Origin: Escherichia coli
Lineage (GTDB): Bacteria > Pseudomonadota > Gammaproteobacteria > Enterobacterales > Enterobacteriaceae
Direction: 5' to 3' (one strand)
NCBI RefSeq assembly: GCF_050920415.1
Contig: NZ_CP169309.1
DNA: 64,000 bases
Each line of letters opens with the position of its first letter. Positions within the stretch are counted from its first letter, which is position 1. Made by a program: the position numbers and the translations under genes. Positions 37,472-49,324 of this stretch are shown one piece after another. Under the pieces are notes generated by a model that saw only the letters and a list, made by a program, of their open reading frames with translations, searched no databases and had not been told where the DNA came from.

Positions 37472-38557
37472 ATGTTCAAGCGTCGTTATGTAACATTGCT
37501 TCCCCTTTTTGTGTTGCTTGCCGCCTGTAGCAGCAAGCCAAAACCTACTGAGACTGAAACGACCACCGGAACGCCGTCTGGCGGCTTCCTGCTTGAGCCG
37601 CAGCACAATGTGATGCAGATGGGCGGCGATTTCGCTAACAACCCGAATGCCCAGCAGTTCATCGACAAAATGGTGAGCAAACACGGTTTCAATCGTCAGC
37701 AGTTGCAGGAAATTCTCTCCCAGGCGAAACGTCTGGATTCGGTATTGCGGCTGATGGATAACCAGGCACCAACCACATCGGTGAAACCGCCATCAGGTCC
37801 GAACGGCGCATGGCTGCGTTATCGCAAAAAATTTATTACGCCGGACAACGTGCAAAACGGCGTGGTTTTCTGGAATCAGTATGAAGACGCGTTGAATCGT
37901 GCGTGGCAGGTGTATGGTGTACCGCCGGAAATTATCGTCGGGATTATCGGCGTCGAAACTCGCTGGGGACGCGTGATGGGGAAAACCCGTATCCTCGATG
38001 CGCTGGCAACGCTGTCATTTAACTACCCACGCCGCGCGGAGTATTTCTCTGGTGAGCTGGAAACCTTCTTGCTGATGGCGCGCGACGAGCAGGACGATCC
38101 GCTCAATCTGAAAGGCTCGTTTGCCGGTGCGATGGGCTACGGTCAGTTTATGCCATCGTCTTATAAACAATATGCGGTAGATTTCAGCGGCGACGGGCAT
38201 ATCAACCTGTGGGATCCGGTTGATGCCATCGGTAGTGTGGCGAACTATTTTAAAGCGCACGGCTGGGTGAAAGGTGATCAGGTTGCGGTGATGGCAAACG
38301 GTCAGGCTCCAGGCTTACCGAATGGCTTCAAAACCAAGTACAGCATTTCACAACTTGCTGCAGCTGGACTAACGCCACAGCAGCCGCTGGGCAATCATCA
38401 GCAGGCCAGCTTACTGCGCCTGGATGTTGGCACCGGTTACCAGTACTGGTACGGTTTGCCGAACTTCTACACTATCACCCGTTACAATCACAGCACCCAT
38501 TACGCAATGGCCGTCTGGCAGTTAGGACAAGCCGTGGCACTGGCGCGCGTTCAGTAA
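37472..38557 (+). CDS. mltB: Membrane-bound lytic murein transglycosylase B (lipoprotein)
   Basis: 361 aa from MFKRRYVTLLPLFVLLAAC (lipobox LLAAC). Confidence 0.93.
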   Translation: MFKRRYVTLLPLFVLLAACSSKPKPTETETTTGTPSGGFLLEPQHNVMQMGGDFANNPNAQQFIDKMVSKHGFNRQQLQEILSQAKRLDSVLRLMDNQAPTTSVKPPSGPNGAWLRYRKKFITPDNVQNGVVFWNQYEDALNRAWQVYGVPPEIIVGIIGVETRWGRVMGKTRILDALATLSFNYPRRAEYFSGELETFLLMARDEQDDPLNLKGSFAGAMGYGQFMPSSYKQYAVDFSGDGHINLWDPVDAIGSVANYFKAHGWVKGDQVAVMANGQAPGLPNGFKTKYSISQLAAAGLTPQQPLGNHQQASLLRLDVGTGYQYWYGLPNFYTITRYNHSTHYAMAVWQLGQAVALARVQ

Positions 38558-38566
38558 CTCTTTGCA

Positions 38567-38598
38567 AGAGGGGGGTTAAACTTCCCTCTGTTTTCTTA
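38567..38598 (+). terminator. Rho-independent terminator after mltB
   Basis: AGAGGG...CCCTCT stem followed by GTTTTCTT. Confidence 0.65.
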
Positions 38599-38835
38599 CT
38601 GTTTATTCGAATGACGTAATTGCTTGATTTTTTTCGACAGCGATATCGCATATCCCAGGCAGACAACGCCTAACGCAGCCTGACCGAAGTCGAAAGGTTC
38701 AAGGTAGCCAGAAGATAAAATTTTACATATCACTGAAACCAGTGCACCGATGCCACCAATGATGACCCAAATACGCATTTGCGTGGTTTGTTTAAGCGCG
38801 TTTTGTGGCGTGTTATCCGTTTTCTTTGTTGCCAT
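38596..38835 (-). CDS. Hypothetical small membrane protein (79 aa, two predicted TM helices)
   Basis: ATG at 38835 preceded by AGGGAGAG Shine-Dalgarno; MATKKTDNTPQNALKQTTQMRIWVIIGGIGALVSVICKILSSGYLEPFDFGQAALGVVCLGYAISLSKKIKQLRHSNKQ; the longer 165-aa track ORF would overlap the pncC start. Confidence 0.5.
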   Translation of the reverse strand: MATKKTDNTPQNALKQTTQMRIWVIIGGIGALVSVICKILSSGYLEPFDFGQAALGVVCLGYAISLSKKIKQLRHSNKQ

Positions 38836-39017
38836 TGCTATTCTCTCCCTGTGAATACATATCAATGTGAACGCGGCATGGTAGCGCTTTTTCTTTACCG
38901 ACTGGTCGCAACAGTCTTTTTCCGGAACGCAACTCGTAAAATGAATCGCTCGTCCCCATCTTCTGCGGGAAAGTGCTATCTTGTCCGGCATATATTTTTT
39001 GACTGACTGAGGTTGTG

Positions 39018-39511
39018 ATGATTGACAGTGAACTGATGCAGTTAAGCGAACAGGTAGGGCAGACGCTGAAAGCCCGTGGCGCAACCGTAACAACTGCCGA
39101 GTCTTGTACCGGCGGTTGGGTAGCGAAAGTGATTACCGATATTGCCGGTAGTTCCGCCTGGTTTGAACGCGGATTTGTCACCTACAGTAACGAAGCCAAA
39201 GCGCAGATGATCGGCGTACGCGAAGAGACGCTGGCGCAGCATGGCGCGGTGAGCGAACCCGTCGTGGTGGAAATGGCGATAGGCGCACTGAAAGCGGCTC
39301 GTGCTGATTATGCTGTGTCTATCAGCGGTATCGCCGGGCCGGATGGCGGTAGTGAAGAGAAACCTGTCGGCACTGTCTGGTTTGCTTTTGCCACTGCCCG
39401 CGGCGAAGGCATTACCCGCCGGGAATGCTTCAGCGGTGATCGTGATGCGGTGCGTCGTCAGGCTACTGCGTATGCATTGCAAACCTTGTGGCAACAATTT
39501 CTACAAAACAC

Positions 39512-39515
<4 letters not shown>
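39018..39515 (+). CDS. pncC: NMN amidohydrolase (CinA-like)
   Basis: 165-aa ORF (ATG at 39018; GTG at 39015 alternative). Confidence 0.92.
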
Positions 39516-40656
<1,141 letters not shown>

Positions 40657-40672
40657 TCGTCTTGTTTGATAC

Positions 40673-40706
40673 ACAAGGGTCGCATCTGCGGCCCTTTTGC
40701 TTTTTA
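40673..40706 (+). terminator. Rho-independent terminator after recA
   Basis: AAGGGTCGCA-tc-TGCGGCCCTT hairpin followed by TTGCTTTTT. Confidence 0.75.
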
Positions 40707-40723
40707 AGTTGTAAGGGTATGCC

Positions 40724-41224
40724 ATGACAGAATCAACATCCCGTCGCCCGGCATATGCTCGCCTGTTGGATCGTGCGGTACGCATTCTGGCGGTGCGCGA
40801 TCACAGTGAGCAAGAACTGCGGCGTAAACTCGCGGCACCGATTATGGGCAAAAATGGCCCGGAAGAGATTGATGCCACGGTAGAAGATTACGAGCGTGTT
40901 ATTGCCTGGTGCCATGAACATGGCTATCTCGATGACAGCCGATTTGTTGCGCGCTTTATCGCCAGCCGTAGCCGCAAAGGTTATGGACCTGCGCGTATTC
41001 GTCAGGAACTGAATCAGAAAGGTATTTCCCGCGAAGCGACAGAAAAAGCGATGCGTGAATGTGACATCGACTGGTGCGCACTGGCGCGCGATCAGGCGAC
41101 GCGAAAATATGGCGAACCTTTGCCAACTGTCTTTTCAGAAAAAGTTAAGATCCAGCGTTTTCTGCTCTATCGCGGCTATCTGATGGAGGATATCCAGGAT
41201 ATTTGGCGAAATTTTGCCGACTGA
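40724..41224 (+). CDS. recX: RecA regulator RecX
   Basis: 166-aa ORF immediately downstream of recA. Confidence 0.93.
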   Translation: MTESTSRRPAYARLLDRAVRILAVRDHSEQELRRKLAAPIMGKNGPEEIDATVEDYERVIAWCHEHGYLDDSRFVARFIASRSRKGYGPARIRQELNQKGISREATEKAMRECDIDWCALARDQATRKYGEPLPTVFSEKVKIQRFLLYRGYLMEDIQDIWRNFAD

Positions 41225-41351
41225 ACGCATACGGTATTTTACTTCCCAGTCAAGAAAACTTATCTTATTCCCACTTTTCAGTTACCAGCCCGGCGGTTAA
41301 GACACGCTGTAGCTGGTGGCGATATTTCGTTAGCTTGATTTCAGGATAATT

Positions 41352-43982
41352 ATGAGCAAGAGCACCGCTGAGATCCGTCAGGCGTTTCTCGACTTTTTCC
41401 ATAGTAAGGGACATCAGGTAGTTGCCAGCAGCTCCCTGGTACCCCATAACGACCCAACTTTGTTGTTTACCAACGCCGGGATGAACCAGTTCAAGGATGT
41501 GTTCCTTGGGCTCGACAAGCGTAATTATTCCCGCGCTACCACTTCCCAACGCTGCGTGCGTGCGGGTGGTAAACACAACGACCTGGAAAACGTCGGTTAC
41601 ACCGCGCGTCACCATACCTTCTTCGAAATGCTGGGCAACTTCAGCTTCGGCGACTATTTCAAACACGATGCCATTCAGTTTGCATGGGAACTGCTGACCA
41701 GTGAAAAATGGTTTGCCCTGCCGAAAGAGCGTCTGTGGGTTACCGTCTATGAAAGCGACGACGAAGCCTACGAAATCTGGGAAAAAGAAGTAGGGATCCC
41801 GCGCGAACGTATTATTCGCATCGGCGATAACAAAGGTGCGCCATACGCATCTGACAACTTCTGGCAGATGGGTGACACTGGTCCGTGTGGCCCGTGCACC
41901 GAAATCTTCTACGATCATGGCGACCACATTTGGGGTGGCCCTCCGGGAAGTCCGGAAGAAGACGGCGACCGTTACATTGAGATTTGGAACATCGTCTTCA
42001 TGCAGTTCAACCGCCAGGCAGATGGCACGATGGAACCGCTGCCGAAGCCGTCTGTAGATACCGGTATGGGTCTGGAGCGTATTGCTGCGGTGTTGCAACA
42101 CGTTAACTCTAACTATGACATTGACCTGTTCCGCACGCTGATCCAGGCAGTAGCGAAAGTCACTGGCGCGACCGATCTGAGCAATAAATCACTGCGCGTA
42201 ATCGCTGACCACATTCGTTCTTGTGCGTTCCTGATCGCGGATGGCGTAATGCCGTCCAACGAAAACCGTGGTTATGTACTGCGTCGTATCATTCGTCGCG
42301 CAGTGCGTCACGGCAATATGCTGGGCGCGAAAGAAACTTTCTTCTACAAACTGGTTGGTCCGCTGATCGACGTTATGGGCTCTGCGGGTGAAGACCTGAA
42401 ACGCCAGCAGGCACAGGTTGAGCAGGTGCTGAAGACTGAAGAAGAACAGTTTGCCCGCACTCTGGAGCGCGGTCTGGCGCTGCTGGACGAAGAGCTGGCG
42501 AAACTTTCTGGCGATACGCTGGATGGCGAAACTGCTTTCCGTCTGTACGACACCTACGGTTTCCCAGTTGACCTGACGGCTGATGTTTGTCGTGAACGCA
42601 ACATCAAAGTTGACGAAGCTGGTTTTGAAGCAGCAATGGAAGAGCAGCGTCGTCGTGCGCGCGAAGCCAGCGGCTTTGGTGCCGATTACAACGCAATGAT
42701 CCGTGTTGACAGTGCATCTGAATTTAAAGGCTATGACCATCTGGAACTGAACGGCAAAGTGACTGCGCTGTTTGTTGATGGTAAAGCGGTTGATGCCATC
42801 AATGCAGGCCAGGAAGCGGTAGTCGTGCTGGATCAAACGCCATTCTATGCGGAATCTGGCGGTCAGGTTGGCGATAAAGGCGAACTGAAAGGCGTTAACT
42901 TCTCCTTTGCGGTGGAAGATACGCAGAAATACGGCCAGGCGATTGGTCACATCGGTAAACTTGCTGCGGGTTCTCTGAAAGTGGGCGACGCGGTGCAGGC
43001 TGATGTTGATGAGGCTCGTCGCGCTCGTATTCGTCTGAATCACTCCGCAACGCACCTGATGCACGCTGCGCTGCGCCAGGTTTTGGGTACTCATGTATCG
43101 CAGAAAGGTTCACTGGTTAACGACAAAGTGCTGCGCTTCGACTTCTCACACAACGAAGCGATGAAACCAGAAGAGATTCGTGCGGTTGAAGACCTGGTGA
43201 ACGCGCAGATTCGCCGTAACTTGCCGATCGAAACCAACATCATGGATCTCGAAGCGGCGAAAGCGAAAGGTGCGATGGCTCTGTTTGGCGAGAAGTATGA
43301 TGAGCGCGTACGCGTGCTGAGCATGGGCGATTTCTCCACCGAGCTGTGTGGCGGTACTCACGCAAGCCGCACCGGTGATATTGGTCTGTTCCGCATCATC
43401 TCTGAATCGGGTACTGCTGCAGGTGTTCGTCGTATCGAAGCGGTAACCGGAGAAGGCGCTATCGCCACCGTTCATGCAGACAGCGATCGCTTAAGCGAAG
43501 TCGCACATCTGTTGAAAGGCGATAGCAATAATCTGGCTGATAAAGTGCGCTCAGTACTGGAACGTACGCGTCAGCTGGAAAAAGAGTTACAACAGCTTAA
43601 AGAACAAGCTGCCGCACAGGAGAGCGCAAATCTTTCCAGTAAGGCAATTGATGTTAATGGTGTTAAGCTGTTGGTTAGCGAGCTTAGCGGTGTTGAGCCG
43701 AAAATGTTGCGTACCATGGTTGACGATTTAAAAAATCAGCTGGGGTCGACAATTATCGTGCTGGCAACGGTAGCCGAAGGTAAGGTTTCTCTGATTGCAG
43801 GCGTATCTAAGGACGTCACAGATCGTGTGAAAGCAGGGGAACTGATTGGTATGGTCGCTCAGCAGGTGGGCGGCAAGGGTGGTGGACGTCCTGACATGGC
43901 GCAAGCCGGTGGTACGGATGCTGCGGCCTTACCTGCAGCGTTAGCCAGTGTGAAAGGCTGGGTCAGCGCGAAATTGCAATAA
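41352..43982 (+). CDS. alaS: Alanine--tRNA ligase
   Basis: 876-aa ORF with class II aaRS catalytic domain, editing domain and C-terminal DHHA1-like region. Confidence 0.97.
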   Translation: MSKSTAEIRQAFLDFFHSKGHQVVASSSLVPHNDPTLLFTNAGMNQFKDVFLGLDKRNYSRATTSQRCVRAGGKHNDLENVGYTARHHTFFEMLGNFSFGDYFKHDAIQFAWELLTSEKWFALPKERLWVTVYESDDEAYEIWEKEVGIPRERIIRIGDNKGAPYASDNFWQMGDTGPCGPCTEIFYDHGDHIWGGPPGSPEEDGDRYIEIWNIVFMQFNRQADGTMEPLPKPSVDTGMGLERIAAVLQHVNSNYDIDLFRTLIQAVAKVTGATDLSNKSLRVIADHIRSCAFLIADGVMPSNENRGYVLRRIIRRAVRHGNMLGAKETFFYKLVGPLIDVMGSAGEDLKRQQAQVEQVLKTEEEQFARTLERGLALLDEELAKLSGDTLDGETAFRLYDTYGFPVDLTADVCRERNIKVDEAGFEAAMEEQRRRAREASGFGADYNAMIRVDSASEFKGYDHLELNGKVTALFVDGKAVDAINAGQEAVVVLDQTPFYAESGGQVGDKGELKGVNFSFAVEDTQKYGQAIGHIGKLAAGSLKVGDAVQADVDEARRARIRLNHSATHLMHAALRQVLGTHVSQKGSLVNDKVLRFDFSHNEAMKPEEIRAVEDLVNAQIRRNLPIETNIMDLEAAKAKGAMALFGEKYDERVRVLSMGDFSTELCGGTHASRTGDIGLFRIISESGTAAGVRRIEAVTGEGAIATVHADSDRLSEVAHLLKGDSNNLADKVRSVLERTRQLEKELQQLKEQAAAQESANLSSKAIDVNGVKLLVSELSGVEPKMLRTMVDDLKNQLGSTIIVLATVAEGKVSLIAGVSKDVTDRVKAGELIGMVAQQVGGKGGGRPDMAQAGGTDAAALPAALASVKGWVSAKLQ

Positions 43983-43996
43983 TATAAGCGTCAGGC

Positions 43997-44023
43997 AATG
44001 CCGTGGACTCGCTTCACGGCATT
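43997..44023 (+). terminator. Hairpin downstream of alaS (AATGCCGTG...CACGGCATT), weak U-tract
   Basis: 9-bp perfect stem; no strong T-run. Confidence 0.4.
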
Positions 44024-44216
44024 CGCATTAACGCTATCGACAACGATAAAGTCAGGTTGAAGTTGTGTATATCGGCTAAACTTAGGTTTAACAGAATGTA
44101 ATGCCATGACTGCTTACATGTAATGTGTTTGTCATTGCTTACTTTTTGGCGTTATATGATGGATAATGCCGGGATACAGAGAGACCCGACTCTTTTAATC
44201 TTTCAAGGAGCAAAGA

Positions 44217-44402
44217 ATGCTGATTCTGACTCGTCGAGTTGGTGAGACCCTCATGATTGGGGATGAGGTCACCGTGACAGTTTTAGGGGTAAAGGGCAAC
44301 CAGGTACGTATTGGCGTAAATGCCCCGAAGGAAGTTTCTGTTCACCGTGAAGAGATCTACCAGCGTATCCAGGCTGAAAAATCCCAGCAGTCCAGTTACT
44401 AA
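44217..44402 (+). CDS. csrA: Carbon storage regulator CsrA
   Basis: 61-aa [51 protein letters not shown]. Confidence 0.98.
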
Positions 44403-44626
44403 TCTTTCCGCGTCTCATCTTTATCGGTGAGACGCACCCTCAAAATTCCTCCTTCACTCCATTGTTTTTTCGCTTTACTCCCGTTCATTCAACTTTAGTC
44501 TCCATTTTTTGCATTACTGCTATCTGTCAGACCTCCGTTTTTCTGTTGATAAAACACTCTTTTTGACGTTTTTACAGACTAATTGAGCGTGAAGTGTGCA
44601 AACGATAAAAGTGTGGGAAAAATTGT

Positions 44627-44654
44627 TTGACTTATAAGTCTCAGAAAGTAATAT
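44627..44654 (+). promoter_or_regulatory. Candidate sigma70 promoter of the serV-argVYZQ tRNA operon
   Basis: -35 TTGACT (44627-44632), 16-bp spacer, -10 TAATAT (44649-44654). Confidence 0.6.
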
Positions 44655-44716
44655 GTGCGCCACGCAGCGACGATGAGCGATAAACAAGTTCTTCGAAGCA
44701 CTCGTAAGAGGCGTGT

Positions 44717-44809
44717 GGTGAGGTGGCCGAGAGGCTGAAGGCGCTCCCCTGCTAAGGGAGTATGCGGTCAAAAGCTGCATCCGGGGTTCGAATCCCCGCC
44801 TCACCGCCA
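44717..44809 (+). tRNA. serV: tRNA-Ser (anticodon GCU)
   Basis: 93-nt cloverleaf GGTGAGGTGGCCGAG...CGCCTCACCGCCA, long variable arm, anticodon loop CTGCTAA, encoded CCA. Confidence 0.95.
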
Positions 44810-44812
44810 TTT

Positions 44813-44889
44813 GCATCCGTAGCTCAGCTGGATAGAGTACTCGGCTACGAACCGAGCGGTCGGAGGTTCGAATCCTCCCGGATGCACCA
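44813..44889 (+). tRNA. argV: tRNA-Arg (anticodon ACG)
   Basis: 77 nt GCATCCGTAGCTCAGCTGGATAGAGTACTCGGCTACGAACCGAGCGGTCGGAGGTTCGAATCCTCCCGGATGCACCA. Confidence 0.95.
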
Positions 44890-45088
44890 TATTCTACGAA
44901 ATCTTCAGCGATGAAGGTGTCGAAGAGGTGGCGGTACTAACTGCAAGCACCAGGGAGGATAACGTTGCTTTAGCAACGGCCCGAAGGGCGAGCCGTAAGG
45001 CGAGTAATCCTCCCGGATGCACCATCTCTTACTTGATACGGCTTTAGTAGCGGTATCAAAAAATCTGCAGTAAAGTAAGTTTCCCGAT

Positions 45089-45165
45089 GCATCCGTAGCT
45101 CAGCTGGATAGAGTACTCGGCTACGAACCGAGCGGTCGGAGGTTCGAATCCTCCCGGATGCACCA
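45089..45165 (+). tRNA. argY: tRNA-Arg (anticodon ACG)
   Basis: Identical 77-nt sequence to the first copy. Confidence 0.95.
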
Positions 45166-45362
45166 TATTCTACGAAATCTTCAGCGATGAAGGTGTCGAA
45201 GAGGTGGCGGTACTAACCGCAAGCACCAGGGAGGATAACGTTGCTTTAGCAACGGCCCGAAGGGCGAGCCGTAAGGCGAGTAATCCTCCCGGATGCACCA
45301 TCTCTTACTTGATACGGCTTTAGTAGCGATATCGATATCAGCAGTAAAATAAATTTCCCGAT

Positions 45363-45439
45363 GCATCCGTAGCTCAGCTGGATAGAGTACTCGGCTACGA
45401 ACCGAGCGGTCGGAGGTTCGAATCCTCCCGGATGCACCA
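45363..45439 (+). tRNA. argZ: tRNA-Arg (anticodon ACG)
   Basis: Identical 77-nt sequence. Confidence 0.95.
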
Positions 45440-45637
45440 TATTCTCCGAAATCTTCAGCAATGAAGATATCGAAGAGGTAGCGGAATTAACCGCAGGCAC
45501 CAGGAGGGATAACGTTGCGCCAGCAACGGCCCGAAGGGCGAGCCGCAAGGCGAGTAATCCTCCCGGATGCACCATCTCTTACTTGATATGGCTTTAGTAG
45601 CGGTATCAATATCAGCAGTAAAGTAAGTTCTCCCGAT

Positions 45638-45714
45638 GCATCCGTAGCTCAGCTGGATAGAGTACTCGGCTACGAACCGAGCGGTCGGAGGTTCGAATCC
45701 TCCCGGATGCACCA
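45638..45714 (+). tRNA. argQ: tRNA-Arg (anticodon ACG)
   Basis: Identical 77-nt sequence. Confidence 0.95.
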
Positions 45715-45994
45715 TATTCTCCGTAATCTTCAGCGATGATGGTATGGAAGAGGCGATGGTAATCACCGTCTGCTCCAGGGAGGATAACGTTGCGGCAGCA
45801 ACGGCCCGAAGGGCGAACGCCAGTGAGTCATCCTCCCGGATGCACCATCTTCTCCAAAAAATCCCCTTCAAAAATATCTCATTTCTAAATAGCTACTTTA
45901 TCCATTTCCTGAATATTCTTCTCCTTCGCCATCAGCGACAAAATCAAGCAATTACGCTAAAGTAGCGTCATATTTTTCGACTTGCGAGAAGACC

Positions 45995-46561
45995 ATGTAC
46001 GAGCGTTATGCAGGTTTAATTTTTGATATGGATGGCACAATCCTGGATACGGAGCCTACGCACCGTAAAGCGTGGCGCGAAGTATTAGGACACTATGGTC
46101 TTCAGTACGATGTTCAGGCGATGATTGCGCTTAATGGCTCGCCCACGTGGCGCATTGCTCAGGCGATTATTGAACTGAATCAGGCCGATCTCGACCCGCA
46201 TGCGCTGGCGTGTGAAAAAACAGAAGCAGTCAGAAGCATGTTACTCGATAGCGTCGAACCACTCCCCCTTGTTGAAGTGGTGAAAAGCTGGCACGGACGT
46301 CGACCAATGGCTGTAGGAACGGGGAGTGAAAGCGCCATCGCTGAGGCACTGCTAACGCACCTGGGATTACGCTGTTATTTTGACGCCGTCGTTGCTGCCG
46401 ATCACGTCAAACATCATAAACCTGCGCCAGACACATTTTTGTTGTGCGCGCAGCGTATGGGCGTGCAACCAACGCAGTGTGTGGTCTTTGAAGATGCCGA
46501 TTTCGGTATTCAGGCGGCCCGTGCTGCAGGCATGGACGCTGTGGATGTTCGCTTGCTGTGA
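45995..46561 (+). CDS. yqaB: HAD-family sugar phosphatase (fructose-1-phosphate phosphatase)
   Basis: 188-aa ORF; HAD motif I FDMDGT. Confidence 0.92.
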   Translation: MYERYAGLIFDMDGTILDTEPTHRKAWREVLGHYGLQYDVQAMIALNGSPTWRIAQAIIELNQADLDPHALACEKTEAVRSMLLDSVEPLPLVEVVKSWHGRRPMAVGTGSESAIAEALLTHLGLRCYFDAVVAADHVKHHKPAPDTFLLCAQRMGVQPTQCVVFEDADFGIQAARAAGMDAVDVRLL

Positions 46562-46986
46562 GTGAAGTTTTATCGCTTTTCTCGTTGTTTGCCAGTAGTT
46601 TCCTCAGCGCTACACTATTACCCGGTAATTCCGAAGTCGTGCTGGTTGCAATGTTGCTTTCCGGGGTAAGTCATCCCTGGGTTTTAGTTTTAACAGCAAC
46701 AATGGGTAATAGCCTTGGAGGGTTAACTAACGTTATCCTTGGGCGTTTCTTTCCATTGCGTAAAACATCGCGCTGGCAAGAGAAAGCTACCGGCTGGCTG
46801 AAACGCTATGGTGCAGTCACGCTATTATTAAGCTGGATGCCCGTGGTTGGCGATTTACTGTGTCTGTTAGCGGGATGGATGCGCATCTCCTGGGGGCCAG
46901 TAATCTTTTTTTTGTGCCTTGGTAAAGCGTTACGTTATGTTGCAGTTGCAGCAGCGACCGTTCAGGGCATGATATGGTGGCACTAA
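46558..46986 (+). CDS. yqaA: DedA/SNARE-associated-family inner membrane protein
   Basis: 142-aa membrane ORF; 4-bp overlap with yqaB. Confidence 0.9.
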   Translation: MSEVLSLFSLFASSFLSATLLPGNSEVVLVAMLLSGVSHPWVLVLTATMGNSLGGLTNVILGRFFPLRKTSRWQEKATGWLKRYGAVTLLLSWMPVVGDLLCLLAGWMRISWGPVIFFLCLGKALRYVAVAAATVQGMIWWH

Positions 46987-47031
46987 TTGTAGGCCTGCAC
47001 ACATGGTCACCATTACAGTTATGCTAATTAA

Positions 47032-48615
<1,584 letters not shown>

Positions 48616-48623
48616 CAGAAAAG

Positions 48624-48696
48624 AAAAAGGCCACTCGTGAGTGGCCAAAATTTCATCTCTGAATTCAGGGATGATGATAACAAATGCGCGTCTTTC
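48624..48696 (-). ncRNA. micA: MicA (SraD) small RNA, sigmaE-dependent, Hfq-binding
   Basis: Minus-strand sequence GAAAGACGCGCATTTGTTATCATCATCCCTGAATTCAGAGATGAAATTTTGGCCACTCACGAGTGGCCTTTTT matches MicA as I recall it, including the terminal hairpin plus U-tract. Confidence 0.9.
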
Positions 48697-48702
48697 ATAT
48701 AC

Positions 48703-48731
48703 TCAGACTCGCCAGGGAAGAAAGAGTTCAG
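48703..48731 (-). promoter_or_regulatory. sigmaE-type promoter of micA (-35 TGAACTC, -10 TCTGA)
   Basis: Minus-strand CTGAACTC...GTCTGAG just upstream of the MicA 5' end. Confidence 0.7.
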
Positions 48732-48764
48732 AAAATTTTTAAAAAAATTACCGGAGGTGGCTAA

Positions 48765-49280
48765 ATGCCGTTGTTAGATAGCTTCACAGTCGATCATACC
48801 CGGATGGAAGCGCCTGCAGTTCGGGTGGCGAAAACAATGAACACCCCGCATGGCGACGCAATCACCGTGTTCGATCTGCGCTTCTGCGTGCCGAACAAAG
48901 AAGTGATGCCAGAAAGAGGGATCCATACCCTGGAGCACCTGTTTGCTGGTTTTATGCGTAACCATCTGAACGGTAATGGCGTTGAGATTATCGATATCTC
49001 GCCAATGGGCTGCCGCACCGGTTTTTATATGAGTCTGATTGGTACGCCAGATGAGCAGCGTGTTGCTGATGCCTGGAAAGCGGCAATGGAAGACGTGCTG
49101 AAAGTGCAGGATCAGAATCAGATCCCGGAACTGAACGTCTACCAGTGTGGTACTTATCAGATGCATTCGTTGCAGGAAGCGCAGGATATTGCGCGTAATA
49201 TCCTGGAACGTGACGTACGCATCAACAGCAACGAAGAGTTGGCGCTGCCGAAAGAAAAGTTGCAGGAATTGCACATCTAG
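48765..49280 (+). CDS. luxS: S-ribosylhomocysteine lyase (AI-2 synthase)
   Basis: 171-aa ORF; HxxEH metal motif (HTLEHL). Confidence 0.97.
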   Translation: MPLLDSFTVDHTRMEAPAVRVAKTMNTPHGDAITVFDLRFCVPNKEVMPERGIHTLEHLFAGFMRNHLNGNGVEIIDISPMGCRTGFYMSLIGTPDEQRVADAWKAAMEDVLKVQDQNQIPELNVYQCGTYQMHSLQEAQDIARNILERDVRINSNEELALPKEKLQELHI

Positions 49281-49293
49281 TCAATTGAAGAGG

Positions 49294-49324
49294 CCGGGCA
49301 GGTGATATCACCGCCCGGTTTTTA
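49294..49324. terminator. Strong near-palindromic hairpin (CCGGGCAGGTGATATCACCGCCCGG) plus T-run; luxS terminator, directly abutting the stop codon of the accessory HD/kinase gene on the opposite strand
   Basis: 25-nt near-perfect palindrome followed by TTTTTATT. Confidence 0.8.

Larger units (their letters stand above)
44890..45850 (+). repeat. Tandem ~275-bp repeat units (tRNA-Arg gene plus ~198-bp spacer); every spacer carries a tRNA 3'-end-like fragment (AATCCTCCCGGATGCACCA) within a conserved block
   Basis: Spacers 44890-45088, 45166-45362, 45440-45637 and the post-argQ region 45715-45850 share near-identical sequence. Confidence 0.85.

Noticed and set aside
38836-39093. N-terminal 86-aa extension of the small membrane protein ORF (165-aa track ORF)
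   Set aside because: Would overlap the pncC start and promoter on the opposite strand; the internal ATG at 38835 has a strong Shine-Dalgarno, so the short form is preferred.
41265-42101. 278-aa minus-strand ORF
   Set aside because: Antisense to the 5' part of alaS.
42189-43094. 301-aa minus-strand ORF
   Set aside because: Antisense to alaS.
44520-44816. 98-aa minus-strand ORF
   Set aside because: Overlaps the serV tRNA gene and its promoter.
44813-45850. Possible CRISPR array (regular repeats about 275 bp apart)
   Set aside because: The repeat units are tRNA-Arg genes plus conserved spacers, not short direct repeats with unique spacers; no cas genes in the window.
45246-45871. Two minus-strand ORFs (109 and 138 aa) across the tRNA-Arg array
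   Set aside because: They overlap tRNA genes and the conserved spacers; repeated peptide segments simply reflect the DNA repeat.
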